Source of the DNA: Strigamia acuminata
Lineage: Eukaryota
Length of the DNA stretch: 64,000 nt
Reading direction: 5' to 3'
NCBI GenBank assembly: GCA_949358305.1
Contig: OX442314.1
Span: 25,544,001 to 25,608,000 of the forward strand
The position numbers were made by a program, and so were the translations under genes. Position 1 is the first letter of the stretch, and every line of letters begins with the position of its first letter. Below the pieces are notes generated by a model, which was not told the origin of the DNA, made no database searches, and worked only from the letters and a program-made list of their open reading frames with translations. Positions 46,601-60,742 of the stretch are shown here, piece after piece.

Positions 46601-49564
46601 ACACATTTTGTAAAATGTAAAATGAAATGCATTCCCAATATAATTAGTTTACTCCCCTAGTCTGTTGATTCTATCAACTCCAATTATAATAGACAACCAA
46701 ATAAAACCCCTTTGAAAGTCCGATGGTCTTTAGTTTTGGCCGATTAGTTTGGATTGCAAGAAAAGCATGTGTACACGGTGGATTACATTTTGAACAGTGA
46801 TTGTTTATTAAACAGGAAATGCTACTTTACTATTTCGCCCCCCTTTATACATCGAAAATAGAACAACCCGTTTACATTATGGGTCACTGAAGTGACCCTC
46901 TGGTGGCCAAACATGGCACCACCTCCAATTCCCCCCAATTGGCATGTCCTTTTAAAACACCAGTTTTTACATAGTCACATGACTTGGTTTGTCGCATGCC
47001 AAACCAAGTGGATTAAGAAATACTAAAATACAAATAATATTCTTAAGTGGTGAAAGAATATTATTTTGGAAATAAATCGAGATCGTGTGTCAAATATAAA
47101 TGCATTTTATTTTTAATTGCATTATATAATGTACTAACTTAATTATGCGAAAAGCTACACGCTTAGAAATGCATAAGTGAAAAACAATGTATTGTAAAAT
47201 ATTTAAAAAAATACTTTACAAAATGTATGCAAATAATTTGCTGTGTGACAATTCTCCCTTACTAAAACAGCCTTCAGTCTCCTAATGATTTTTTCTTTCT
47301 CATTCCATGGTTGTCATGGAAATTCATTAAACGCATAATTGGTAATCAACAAAAAAGTCCCAGGTAATCTCTCGGGTCTTCGGCACGTTTAACTGTCAGT
47401 TTCCTTTAATGAAAGTTAAGACAAACAGTGCTAATGCAAATTCTATGTTGACAAAAGTCAACATCAATGTATTTAGAACTTGGATTTATTTATGAACACG
47501 TTCATTTACAACCTACACTCCCACCTGTAGCAAATGAAGACAATCGATCGACACAACGCAGAAAAAATGAAACTAACACCATTAAATCCTCGAATTACAG
47601 GTGAAATTGATGAGCACAATTTTTTTTAAAGACAACAGCAGTAACTTTATCCTAACTGCAGCACAGTTCTTAAACCAATCATGTACAGCCCACTAAACAG
47701 CGTACCATAAAGATAAAAAAAATCATAAAATATGTTACATAAAAATAAGAAACTGGATTCTGATAAAGTGCACATTATATGAAACTCAAGAAATTTAAGA
47801 CCCAATATGGGCAAACAGCCAAAACTCGAGTTTGAGTTGCTCCAATTTACACATAATTTCTTAACTCCTGAAATTTTAAATCGTTTGCTTACTCGTTCGG
47901 AATTATTTAACAATACACTCACAACAACAACATTGGTTGGAAGTGTACAAATTGAATTAGTATGAAAACTTGGTTGCACGACGTTTGATTACTAAGTTCA
48001 AGTAGGTTATTCAGGGTGAAACGTAATCAAAACCTAATTACAGTGCATAGCAGTGAAGCTTCCAAAGAAAGTAGTCATTATTAGAAATGTTTAACGACAT
48101 TTTGTAAGGTCACAGTGTGCTGCAAAACATGTGAAAGTTGTCAAGGCAGACAGCATGTGATTCAATATCACCTTTAACTAGTTCTGCAAAGTGATAAGAG
48201 ACTACAACAAGCCATGCCACTCACAATATTACTTTCTTGGCTATAGAAAATGTTGGATAACCTTTCATACAAGCTCTAGAAATGTGTTGATGGAGATAAA
48301 CCCTTTTCCCATAAGTCACAAAGTATGGAACAACTTACAGACTACGAACAGATAAACTCAACTTCTTGGTAATAATTAAGCGCTAGCAAGAGATAATGAC
48401 TACAAATGAATTCTAGAATAAACAACACGAAGAAAGATTACGGCATTAGCATTATCTAAGCTATCAGTTACCATGTTTACATGTTCACGGCTTTGCAGAA
48501 AAGTGATAAACTAAACTTTACTTTTCTGGAACCAATTCTCACAGCCACAACAAAACTACACCCACAACTCCCACAACCTCATCTAAATAAACAAAGCAAA
48601 TAATCCTTCATCTCACTCCAGATGTAGTTCTAAGTTGCGACACAGTAGTAACTGTAGGAACAATTTTTGTTTAATTGATCATATTCATCTAAGAGGATAC
48701 TGTTGCAGTTGCAACTTCGAATTGTATTTGGAAATAATTAAAGTTACGTTGGAAACTGGATGTGACTGGATTTAAACTGATTTGACCGGATTGAAAAAAG
48801 AAGCACGCGAACGCAATGGATTTACATTGAACACTAAAATTTTATTTTAACAGGATATGCTAATTTACCATTTCGCCCCCCTTTAAACATCGAAATAGAA
48901 CAACCCGTTTACATAGTGGGTCACCGAAGTGACCCTCTGGTGGCCAAACATGTCGCCACCTCCAATTCATAACTTTTAAACAACAGTTTTTACAGATACC
49001 ACCACCAACACCAAAGTTTAGACCAGAATCAACAATAGAATCAACTATAGAAAATAATTCCAGGAATAAACAGTGCCGCAATAGAAAGCAATTCCCATCA
49101 AGCGATGGCACCAAAAACACAACAAACAATCCCTAACCCACATTGCACCACAGTTACTACTGTGCCCATTCTGAATTTCTTAAACCAGTCTAAATTTAAA
49201 GTTTTACATGTTAAATTAAATTTTTAAATGTAATTTTTTTCAGTTTTAATTAACCATGCTTGCAGCAAAGGTGACTGCTAGTTATATTTTATTCCCATAC
49301 AACTCAGCTGCTACAATATGAGCCGTTCCGTCGAGTAGTGTACAAAATAAATTTACAATTCTTCTTAATAACAACCTAATCAAAAACAGAAAAATTTACA
49401 TACAAAACCCAGCTTAAGAAAACGAAATCAACAATAATACCAAGGGTTAAGAACAAAAACAACAATAACACCCTAAAAGACAAGAACAAAAACAACAATA
49501 ACACCCCAAAGAACAAGAACAAAAACAACAAACATGGAGCCAGGACCAGAAGCAAAAAATAATA

Positions 49565-49929
49565 CTGGGTGCATTCAAAAACTCTAAAACGTATGCAAAA
49601 CTCGTTTCGTGTTTGAACGTGACGTCATTCCTATTGAATAACATTACTGAACATCTGATATTGAAAATAGCATCGCGTTTCCCCCAAAAAAAAAATGTTG
49701 ATTTTAACTGTTTTCGAGGGTGACACCATCGATATCCGCCCCGGGTGTCACCCATGCTAGCTACGCCACTGCTTGCAGATGACCTACAACTTGATCTGGA
49801 ATCCAAAATCAAGTTTGGCAGTGAAACAATTGTTTATTTCCCAAATAAACGATTGCATTCAAAAACAAAACATTCCGTCTAAAAATTTGTGAGACGAAAA
49901 TTTAGACAAGAAGTTATTGAATGCGCCTT
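49565..49929 (+). mobile_element. Rearranged copy of the same MITE family
   Basis: GGGTGCATTCAAAAACTC ... GAAGTTATTGAATGCGCCT; the last ~150 bp are colinear with 43525-43674. Confidence 0.7.
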
Positions 49930-52900
49930 GTGTATACGGTTCATATAAACTGAGTAAATTTCTCCAAACTTTACCATAAAACCCCGCATTAATTAATGTC
50001 AAGGGCGATAACACTATTCAACAGCTTTTGCAGAACACAGCATAAAATACAAATAAGAGTGGCTTATCGTTTTACCGCCCTCGGAAATGCTCCATTGTAA
50101 TAACAATAAGTAAATACATTTTAACATATTTATTTTAAACCGGCATTGACTTTAAAACAGTCGGTTTTATGCTTAACTAATACGACAGCTGAATACCAAG
50201 TAAAATAACCTCCAACATAGCAGGATTTTATATCCCGCAATTTTGAAGCAAAGTGGAAAGTAAATAACGGTTCGAATCAAACCAAATCCAATTTATTAAA
50301 AAGATAAATCACCCATGACATTTTCCATTGAAGAAAAATATTAAACAACGCCCAAGTAATCAAGTAACAACTGATATGGAGCGCAAAGAAAAGAAAGAGG
50401 AAAATAACACGAAGGGATCAAGGGAGGTCTCTAACTTCATTCGCGTTCTCACTACTTTCATCATCTCGTCCTCAGTTGCTAAGCAACATGAATCCAGCTA
50501 CTGGCCAACTTCTCCCTTGATGGATAGACAAGAGTATTGGATAAAACAGGCGCACTTCAGATATCATTGCATCAGTCGATATACATTGCAAATACACATT
50601 GCACGTAACCAAATGTGCTCTCAATGTATATTTCAAAATGTAATGTCCCATTAAATTTGACATAAGAGAAAATTAAATCAGTAAGCACGTTCGGAAATGT
50701 CACTAGGTGCGTTCAAATTGGTTAAGACAAATCTACTTAGATGTTTCAAGTTGATAACCTCGTTTTCACATCAGGATATGACACTTCTTACGTCATATTT
50801 TGCCGGGTTAGTACGTTTATTTTCCTTAACTTTTCTGAAGCAACAATTTTGCGACTGCACATGCTCGGTTGAACATATCCATATATCAGCTGTGCACAAA
50901 CCTGCACATTAATAATATTAGGCCTAATATTGCATTTAGGACCATTCAATATTAAGTCATTTATTTCAATTAGACGTTGATCGATATCGATATTTTGAAG
51001 TATTGCCGATGCCAATAATCGACAATCGAATATCGGCCGATACCGATACCTGTGCCGATATTAAAATTAAAATTAAAATTAAAAGTGAGAGAATTTTTCA
51101 CTCACTTTCTAAACTTTTGAAATGTAGTCGTAAAAACTTGCAACAGGGATGTTTTGAATAACATTACGAAATTGCAATTCAAAGAACGATTATCACAACT
51201 GACTGGCTGGGTCGATCTGCTTCCACTGAGGATAAAACACGCCAGATGACACAATAATGTCATTTAAGATAAGGAATTTTCCATGCACTTTCAACCAGCA
51301 ACCCTTGTGCAGATGCTAATTTACAAATTTAATTTCCATTCAACAAAACATTTCCTGGTTTAATGTCCGTGTGAATAAATCTTACTTGCCTGCTTTTGAC
51401 ACTTTAATGGAATGCCTGTACGTCCAGACCTCATTATCAGTTCGAATAAATCATGGTCCAAAACTGAGCAAATATGATTGTCATTAACACAAAAAAATCA
51501 TAAATCTGTTTGTGACCATCTGATACCCATAATACTTTGTTCACACCAAGGTTTTGGATCTCATCCAAAGCTGTCCAGTGGCAATGCGACAATCCTCAAT
51601 GGCCATGACCATGGTTGAGTATGGAAGCAGCGAGAGTGACCACTGACCCCCTAACAACTGAATAAAGGCAATAATGAAACCCAAAACAGAGTGCTCTAAG
51701 TGTCTTTTCTTTATCATGAGGTGCATCCAGCAATTTAACAACGTAACTTATGTACAAAAATTTCTTTTTTTTACTAATTCTAGATATAAAGAAAAATAAC
51801 TTCAAAATCGAAATACCGGTAGTCAAATTTGTCTTTTGACATTTTTGACATACTGTAGTTTGTCCAAACACAAATTTAATTACCAAACAACTATAATCTT
51901 AAATCATTGACAACACAATGTAAAATCTACACACACCGCGTGCTTTTTGCCTTTGTGCAAGCAATCAGCCAACAACCACAACATGTCATAAACCAAGTTT
52001 GTGTCATCAGCAGAAATCCAAACGCTTTTCAATTAAGATCCCTATTCTTCCCTCAGTTGACCTTCTAAAACGCAAATCTATTTATTACATTACATACAAA
52101 AATTAAAATTAATCACTAAACGCATCAATTAAAATGCAAAATTAAAAATATTACTTTTTGCTTTTTGTATTAATGCGCATGTGTGTAATTAGAGAGTTTG
52201 CGGGATGCATTTTTCCCTTACAGTTAAAGACTATACAGTATAAAAATAGTGTAAGGGAAAAATGATAAATTAAGTACATCGTAATCGCAATCTCCAACAA
52301 TCGAGGCTATAAAACACAAGAGGGGGTGTAAGCCCCCCCTTAAGAAAAAAAATAAGATAAAATCTCGAAAACATCGTTTTGAGAAAACGTGCGTTGAGGA
52401 AACAAACCGACATCAATAAATCTCAACCAATCACAGCGCGTCATTAAAATAATACGTTCATGTCGGACATTTTTTTAACCAGTCTACATGTAAAATCACT
52501 AATCTGGGTGGGTTCAACTCTCATGAATTTGGGCTGAATTCATGAAGACTCAGTTTTTTATCCTGTATATTTAAAGAGGAAGTAAAGTAATGTTGCCTAT
52601 TCACATTATCACATTCACGAGTCAAGCCTAGTTTTTATTCAGATTAACAGGGCGGTTGCCACGCATAAATCGCCTAGCAACATTGCATTATACGTACATG
52701 GTAAGAATAAGGTACTTGAATTAACAATTTAAGCGTAATTGGTAATTTAATCAAGTTAAGTGCTACAGACATAACACTTAAATGTAAAATTTTACAAGTT
52801 AAATTTTATATAAACAAGTTTAAATGACTTTGTGAATGCGCCTTTGGTTTTTAACCTCGCGTTCCATTAGTTTGCGCTTGTTTCCGCTGCCATTTTTAAT

Positions 52901-53045
52901 CGTTGAATTGAAAATTTTGGCGGAACTTTCTTTAAAGTACTGATATAAACTAGACAAGCCATAAATAACATCATTTATTTGTTGATGTTATACAATTAAT
53001 ATCATTTTTTTCTTGAAATTAACTATTTTTTATTTTTCATTTCAG

Positions 53046-53094
53046 AAGAAACTGCGGACGATTATAATGACAACCTAGATAGGTTAATACAAAA
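53046..53094 (+). CDS. ALP: Agatoxin-like peptide precursor: acidic propeptide exon
   Basis: TTTCAG|AA ... AA|GTAAGT, 49 nt, phase 1 to 2. EETADDYNDNLDRLIQK links the flanking exons in frame. Confidence 0.88.
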
Positions 53095-53719
53095 GTAAGT
53101 TTGACACTCATATTTCACTTAATTGACAGTGCAAAACTATTAAAGCCACCTGGCTGGTTGGTGGTAACTTACATCAATAAAAAATTCTCATTTTCTTCAC
53201 TGCTTTGTGACAGGATTTAAAAAAAAAACAAGAAAAATTGGCATGGTTTAACTTGTCAATGTCAAAAGCTTATAAATATTAATTTACTTTTTGTTTTTTT
53301 ATTTTTTATTTTACATTTCAGTTTCAGGTTAGAATGAATTTTATTCATTTTTCTTTTTTTTTTCTCCTTTTAAACCTTATCAGCAGCAAGGCTGACAATT
53401 TAATGGTAAAAAGACGTGAAGATTACCCTATAAAACTTCTTAGGTATGTACTGCCCTCACTGATTTAACCACCAATAAAAGTTGCATGCGATTTAGATTG
53501 TACAGCCATGCATGTTTTTGTTGTGACAAATTCTTATTTATTTTTTTAATATACAGTATGTGTATAGAAGCATGAGTCCACAATAAATTAAACAACGCTT
53601 AAGCAGAAACAAAATAACACTCAATAAACTGATATTTGGTTTTTAAACACCCAACTTTAAAATACATTTATGAACTAAGTTTACCGGCCTGGATAAAACC
53701 TCGAGCAAGCCTAAAACTA

Positions 53720-53973
53720 CTGTTCGCGCCCGATGGCTTAATGCTAAATTTGTACTGCGCAGACGATTTTCTAATTCCAGTTGTTATTTAACAGTATTAA
53801 GCCTAATATTAGGCCAAAAAAATGCTAAAATAAAGTAAATAAACAATAAACTCACCATTAAAAGTAATTTAGTATTAAAATATTGTTGTTTTATTTTCTC
53901 TGTGTGCTCAACAAGCTTGACAATCGCCATGTTAAATGCATGCGCAGAATGTTTGAATACCGGGCGCGAACTG
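53720..53973. mobile_element. Small MITE, TA-flanked
   Basis: TA-CTGTTCGCGCCCG ... CGGGCGCGAACTG-TA. Confidence 0.65.
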
Positions 53974-54730
53974 TAGTGCTATCACGTTTTTCCAGCTTTA
54001 AGTTTTTAGAATTCCGATATTTTTAAAAGATGTTTAACCATTTCCATCCGCATCAAACACGTTTTTACACTCTGTAATCCATTTTATACATGTTTATCCA
54101 TTTTTACACGTGTTTTTTTTTTTATTTTGCTCGTTTTTACACATTTTCTCGTTTTTACACAATTTAACCGATTTTTTTTTAAAGTTTGTTGCCCGATACT
54201 ATTAATGATAATCGCTTGATTCTCATAATAACACAATCGTTTCAATGGCATAATCATCGCATTATTGCAACCCCTTATTGCTTATGTATGTGCGCATTAC
54301 TGCATTACATCCATGATCGCTTTGCGAGTAGGTTTCCACTAGCTGCAGTGAGTCACATATTCTAAGAGTCAAAACTATTTCATTAACAGAAAATTTAAAT
54401 AAACAAGTGGCAAAAGATAAAATCTTTTAATCTTGGATCAATGAGTAAAAAATATGATTGGGGATGTCAACAAATACGGCTTATCAAAAAAACATAATAT
54501 TTATTCATTTACCTGTTGTTTAGATCTAAATTAACTATAAAAAAAACTCTAAGCTTATTAAATCACATAAATTCTTAAATTCTTAGCATCTAAACTTCGT
54601 GTTACTCCGAAATAGATAAAGATACAAACGTAGCACAGTGAAGCCTAAATTTATTATCATTACTTTAGAGCTAACATGATGTTTAAATACGTACTCAAAA
54701 TTTACAGTTGCAAAGTTTTGTACAAATTAA

Positions 54731-54835
54731 TTAAAGTCACCCGTTTCCACCAGAACACACAAATTAAGCAGCATTGGGACTAGTCAGTACTTGGTTGGGT
54801 AACGCAAATGACCTGTTGGGAATCCCAGTTGTTGT
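54731..54835 (+). pseudogene. Degenerate 5S rRNA-like sequence (pseudogene or 5S-derived SINE head)
   Basis: AAATTAAGCAGCATTGGGACTAGTCAGTACTTGGTTGGGT...TTGGGAATCCCAGTTGTTGT follows the 3' two-thirds of animal 5S rRNA (box A, AGTACTT, TGGGAA). Confidence 0.65.
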
Positions 54836-54844
54836 CCTCATCTG

Positions 54845-55362
54845 ATGCGCATTCAATAACTTCTCGTCTAAATTTTTGTCTCGCACGAGTTTTTAGACGA
54901 AATGTTTTGTTTCTGAATGCAATCGTTTATTTGGGAAATAAACAATTGTTTAACTGCCAAACTTGACTTGGAATTCCAGATGACGTTCTAGGTCATATCC
55001 CCGCATACGGGTATTTTTTTCCCAAGATTTTGCTTCCCTCGCCTTTTTCTATTGTTTCCAAACCAAATAATAACCATAGTGATGGTCATTATTGTTGTTG
55101 TTTACTCTAAACAACAATAACTGCTTCAAAAGTGTACTTACGATCGAGATGGTTGCGACCGATCTAACGGAAATCCAAGATAGCTGCCAACAATACCCAA
55201 TTTGTACGAGTTTTCTCGTTGCACGGAGATTTAAACGACCTATTTAGGTCGTTTATTTTCAACCCGTTTAAACCCATTTAAACGAGCTTTAAAACGACAA
55301 TCTCGTTTAAACGTTCCTGCAAACGGGTTTAAACGACTGTTTATGAGTTATTGAATGCACCT
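54845..55362 (-). mobile_element. Inverted copy of MITE 43158-43674
   Basis: Reverse-complement colinearity along its length, same TIRs. Confidence 0.88.
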
Positions 55363-57480
55363 ACTGTTTCTATGGCAAGAACTTCTGCAACCCACCCACC
55401 AACTGCGCATTCAACGGTTTTCCCAGTTCTCCGTGCGAATGCAAAGTTGGGTCCTCAAGAATGCCGTCCAACAGATCGCGGCTTGCATAGCCCTTAGGGG
55501 GTTTGCTAAGTGTCAAAAATATTACAGTGCAATGTCCAAACAACAGTTGAATGAAGAAAAATACTCTTCTGTGGCCTTTAAAAGAGCAAGGTCCTTTCTA
55601 ACATCTGTTTTTACTGCTGAGAAGTGACAATATGACCAACTTTAATCAAATGAAGTTAATGACGTTCTATGTCACTACTATAGGTAATTGCAGCTTGTTG
55701 GAAGGTGCCATTCCGTAATTTTTATTGGTTTAACCAAATATTTTATCACCCTATAAACAACTCACGATTTGACGACTTTAGTCACTCAGTCACTTTAACT
55801 TAGCAGAACCGAGATGCAATTTTTGTGAAAGGGATGCCTTTCACCCTACAATCTGTGTGCTGCTTTCGATCACTATTTCAACAACATTTCAAAGAAAATG
55901 TATTTTGATTTACGCTGTTGATCACAATTTATATCACTTCAATCACTTTTGATGTTTTTGGAGTTTTGCCATAAAAAAAATTTAGAAAAATGATATTTTC
56001 ATTGACTCTGTCCTGAAAATTGTATAGACGGAAAATGAAGCAGCTCGTTTGGTTGAACTATCAATTTGCGCTTCAGCTTAGTTTGCAAGAATCAGCCTTT
56101 CATGTTTCCATAGAAGCGGAAATGAACAAAACCGCTTTAGCTGATGAGTTTTTTTACCTCTTGATTTCCCTTTTTCAATGGAAATAAAAGAAGTCCTGAA
56201 ACAATTGTGTAAAAAAAAATTATGTTAATCAAATAAATCAATCTTATGGCACAATCTTAAAGCAAAACGAGCAAAACTCACTCGATGTTGTGCTAAATCA
56301 TGCGTAAAATCTAGGCAATAATTTATGCCTACACCAAAAATCCACTTCTCTCATGGAAAAACATTTCAATAACGGCAGCAATTTCGCAATTTTAACAAAT
56401 TTCTACTGTTAGATTTGTCACGTGATATCAGTGCCACCAATCATGTGCATAATTGCAAAAACGCAAAATCGTACAATGTTGGAAGTTAGAACGTACCAAA
56501 GTTGTAAAACTCTTACGGAAATATTTCTCGCAATTCCGTTTAGTCAAGTTTACGTTGAATTTCTGGATGTGTGGAAAAGTTGGACTTTCCATATAGATAA
56601 ATTCAGCTTTAACAATTGTTGTAAAGTCACCAAAGTGATTTTCAATCTTTCCATTCATGGAAATCTAAACTTTAATAACCAAATTTAGTGATCATTGTGT
56701 ACCATAATGACACTATTGTAAAACATCTATTAGGAGCCAAACCATCTAAGAACCATTGCAGAATCATGGCACTAGATGCTTATACCATCAAAGAGAAGAG
56801 CTCTAATGCACCGATTACGCCTTGCCGAGAGATTGTGCAAACTCTCCATTAAAGCTCACAGACACTCATCTTTGGCTGCAACTTTAATTACCAATTACAG
56901 TCTCGGAAACAAATCGGAGACCCAGAGCCAAATTGAGAATTTCTACTCGGATGTAAGAAATGCAATTAATTCTAGTGACTAAATGTCTTAATTTTTTAAA
57001 TTGATAATATTTTACTGATAATATCACTCGTTAGTTCCCTCTTGGAGTACAATAAATAATTTTTCTAACCAACTTTCGAGGACCCTACCTATGTCCTACA
57101 CTATCTTACTATTTGGTGCATTCCTTGCCCACAAATCTCATTATCTGTTAAGAAATTCGTGTATAAATTAGATCAAATAGTAAAGTAATTTAGACTAAAC
57201 AGCAATTTTATCAACATATTTTTTAAACTTCTTGTCTCGACCTTAACTTCAAAAATGGTGGCCGATTTAATCTGTTTTCGATCAAAATGGGCATGTGCAT
57301 GAAATTTAAAAACAAAACATGTTTCACGTCAAATTGTGCACATTGTCAATGTGCCTACTACAATACACATGTTCAACACGCTTGAATACCAGTTTATACT
57401 GGACTGGCATGCGCAGAGCCAATCTTGACCGTATTAACAATTGTGTGCACTTCACTAACCATACTCTGAGCGTTATATAA

Positions 57481-57541
57481 ATGAAATGAATGAATGAATA
57501 AATAAATAAAAATAAATAAATAAATAAATAAATACATAAAT
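57481..57541. repeat. (AATG)/(AAAT)n microsatellite
   Basis: Tandem tetranucleotide run. Confidence 0.8.
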
Positions 57542-60500
57542 TATCTTGACGAAAACACTGAACTAAGCATTCTGTTTACGCCAAATTAATTTTACTTTAT
57601 CCCCATTTCAAGCTTTCCACTTACCTTAGTAATTGTATGTAAATTGAGCAGCATTTGAATTTTCCACTCTGTGTAGGCTTCTTTATCAGACCAAGATCTT
57701 TTTCTTTTTCCCTCATGCTTACTCCTCTTGTTTCGTGGATTTTGCATGCTGTGTGTTCGTTGCCTTACCTAGTGAAATATACAAAAGGACGCGACTAAGA
57801 CGATGCAACCATAAAAGCAAAGCATGCTTTAAAGTAAGGTAGGGCTTTTTCCTTTCAAATTCAATCCATTCTTTTACCTGTAAAACACAAAAGAACAAAA
57901 CGTTAATGAAAAAAAAAACAGCGCTTTCTCTTGCAATTCCAATGTTGCACGACTCATTTCATTATTGCTAAGCCTAGCAGCGGGCGGGTATTCCGTGACA
58001 AAAGTCTAATAACTTTAGCTTAACAAGAAACTATCAGAAATATTAATTAATATTGATATAATTTTTATAAATGAAAACTACAAGATGTTTTTAAAACAAA
58101 AAATGTCCGTATTTTTCTGCATTGTGACTGTAGTCTAAAAGGTAACGTCGGAAAAATCTGTTTTTATAGAATTCTCTGTGAAAAATATAAAGAAACAATA
58201 CCAATTAATCCAAAATTAGTTATCTTACTTCGTAAACAACACAATTCTTAGGAGCCATTTTATTCAGTGTCGCCCTGGTGGGAAATAACGGCAACCGCCT
58301 AAAACTACGGAAGTTCTAGATCCAGATTACGTCCATTTCGATATTAACTTTTAAGTTTTCAATCCTGAAAATATATAATGGATTATTTTGTATTCAAAAT
58401 TGCATTCTATTATACCAACGAAGGAAGCTTTAAATAAACGTTATTTATCGTGTGGCATCACATCACACGCATGCCCACAAACAAGCATCGTAAACTTTTG
58501 TTCATCAAACCAATTACCGTAATTGTGATGACACATTTGATGTTTTAGTCTCGTTCATTCATTCAGTTTATTGATTCAAAGTGGCTTACCGCAATTTCTA
58601 TTTTGTTTTAGCTACCTTTCCTTGCCTGTTTTGTTCGTTGCAATATCGCAACTTTTTTAGAATCTTCATTACATACTCGCTGACAGGCTTTCAAAGAATA
58701 AAGCCTTTTAAAAATATAAACCAATTATCTTCGTACTCTGCATCTACGTGGTTCCCCCAATTTAATTCAATTTTTTACATGCCAAACATGTTTTTCGTTT
58801 TAATATGAAGTATAGCTACTGGCTGTGACAATACAAATACTTCTATACCATGTCGCAACCTCAAATATTATATTTATTTTATTTACTAATGGCAGTTGTC
58901 TTGGTGGTTGTTAGATAATTGCGGCAGAATGCCTTAAATGTCTTAGATTTTATGCTTTAAATTATTTGTTAGTAATATTTAATGAATGCAAATGTTGTTT
59001 CTACCTGAGAAAGACGATGAATTAATAAAACGATGATTTTTAAGTATTTCTTAATTTCGTGATATCACCGCAGTCTTTAAACAGCGGAATCGGAAGTCCC
59101 TTGAAATTTTTATCGTATCCACTTCCACTAAAACGTTGGACCATTAAAACAAGATTAAATAACGCTGTAACTCATTCCATTCGTGATAAACAACTGTGTC
59201 ACCAAGGTAGGTGCAATTTAAAGCAACGCTGCGTATAGATCTTTGTGTTATTTCCATTGAAAATAAAAAATTACTACAAACAAACTTGGAGGTAGTGATC
59301 CTCTGGGAATCCCACACGTTTCTCGTCTTGTCTGTCTCTATGACAATAACATTTGCCACCATCCATGTGGTATTTGGTTTCACCAGTTCTCGGTATGATA
59401 TTTAATACAAATAATGATCTATTTCTTTTTCCCTCCACTTTTTCCCGAGGTTAGAGACCCATTTTGCTTCGTATGTACACGTGGAAGTGGAAACGTGATC
59501 AGTTGCTTAGTTGCTTCATCTGGTCTGATTGCAAAACTTCTCGTAAACATAATTAAATTAGTGGTTCTATTAGATGCATTCGAATAGAAACATTTTCACT
59601 TTTTAGCAATACGGTTGAATAAGTTCGCTTTAATTTGGGATTTCAGTTAAAACTAGAAATCATGGTTAGTTATTGATGCTGCTTGGAATCTTCTTTATTC
59701 CCTATATCCTTCATAGACACATTCTCACTGCTGTGGTACAAATAGTTGTTGTATTCAAGACTAAAAGGAGGAGTCACTTAATCTTCATCTGCCAAAGACA
59801 AATGTGTGTAGCAGAAGCAATTTTTCTCAGTGGAATGCAGAGAAAACACTCTTTTTGTTTTTTAAAAAACATAAAGCACAAAGGGTAGTGCCATTACGTA
59901 TGTGGGATTAAATGCGGATTTATTGACAGAGAGAAAAGTAATAAATTTTATTTTGTTTTGGAATTACACGTTGGTGAATAATTGGGAAAATGAAGCGCTT
60001 GTGCTGATTGCAGCGAAGCCGAAGATCTAAGGGAAATGAATTTCCAGTTGAAATATTAATGATGCTAAAACCAACAGAAAATAAACTTCATTTGCTAAGA
60101 ATCAAGGTGCAAAAAATTCAATTTCCGACTAACTCATTACTAAAATTTTTTTTAAAAAAATTAGGTGCATGCAGAGTTTCTGTTTCTATTTGCTGTTTTT
60201 ACAGAAGGCAAAAACTTGCCTAACTGTGAATGTGTTCGTTTTTGAGCCCGTTTAAAGTGCATTCTCGGACTTGCAAGTAAATGGAGATTGAAAATCCCAT
60301 CATTTCAATCAACCAACGAATTGTGGCTCACTTGTTTGAGCACAATTTGGCCATCACTCACATTTTCGAAGGCGGATGCATCGCCTGAAAGAAGTTCGAC
60401 CCCTCGATTTAACTTTCGTGGCAGCCATTTTGAATTTGGTTGTAAAAACTAAAACCCGACATAAACCATTTCAAAAACAACTCCAGCGCTGTTTTTGTGT

Positions 60501-60742
60501 TACCAATTTTTTGGTGATGGTTTTTGGCAGTTTTTGGTGTCCATTCTGTTTATATAAACTTTGAATTCAGCTATTATTTTCCATCAAATAAAAAAATATA
60601 TATGGAGTATATAAAATATAGAAGTTAGGCTTCAATATGCAAGCAATCTGATTTATCCGTCTTTTATCAACAAAAACTGATCTCAAAATCACATTTCAAT
60701 AATAAAATACTCATACATCCACTTGAATCACTTTCTTTCTAG

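Noticed and set aside
51100..51741. Degenerate hAT-like transposase remnant next to CGATA-rich repeats
   Set aside because: Similarity too weak to support by eye.
55364..55490. Cys-containing frame (CFYGKNFCNPPTNC...CECK) in an ALP intron as an alternative knottin exon
   Set aside because: Lacks the CC doublet and a suitable splice acceptor.
59380..59480. Candidate in-frame micro-exons for an alternative ALP propeptide
   Set aside because: AG/GT pairs exist but there is no similarity to known ALP segments; unsupportable without RNA data.
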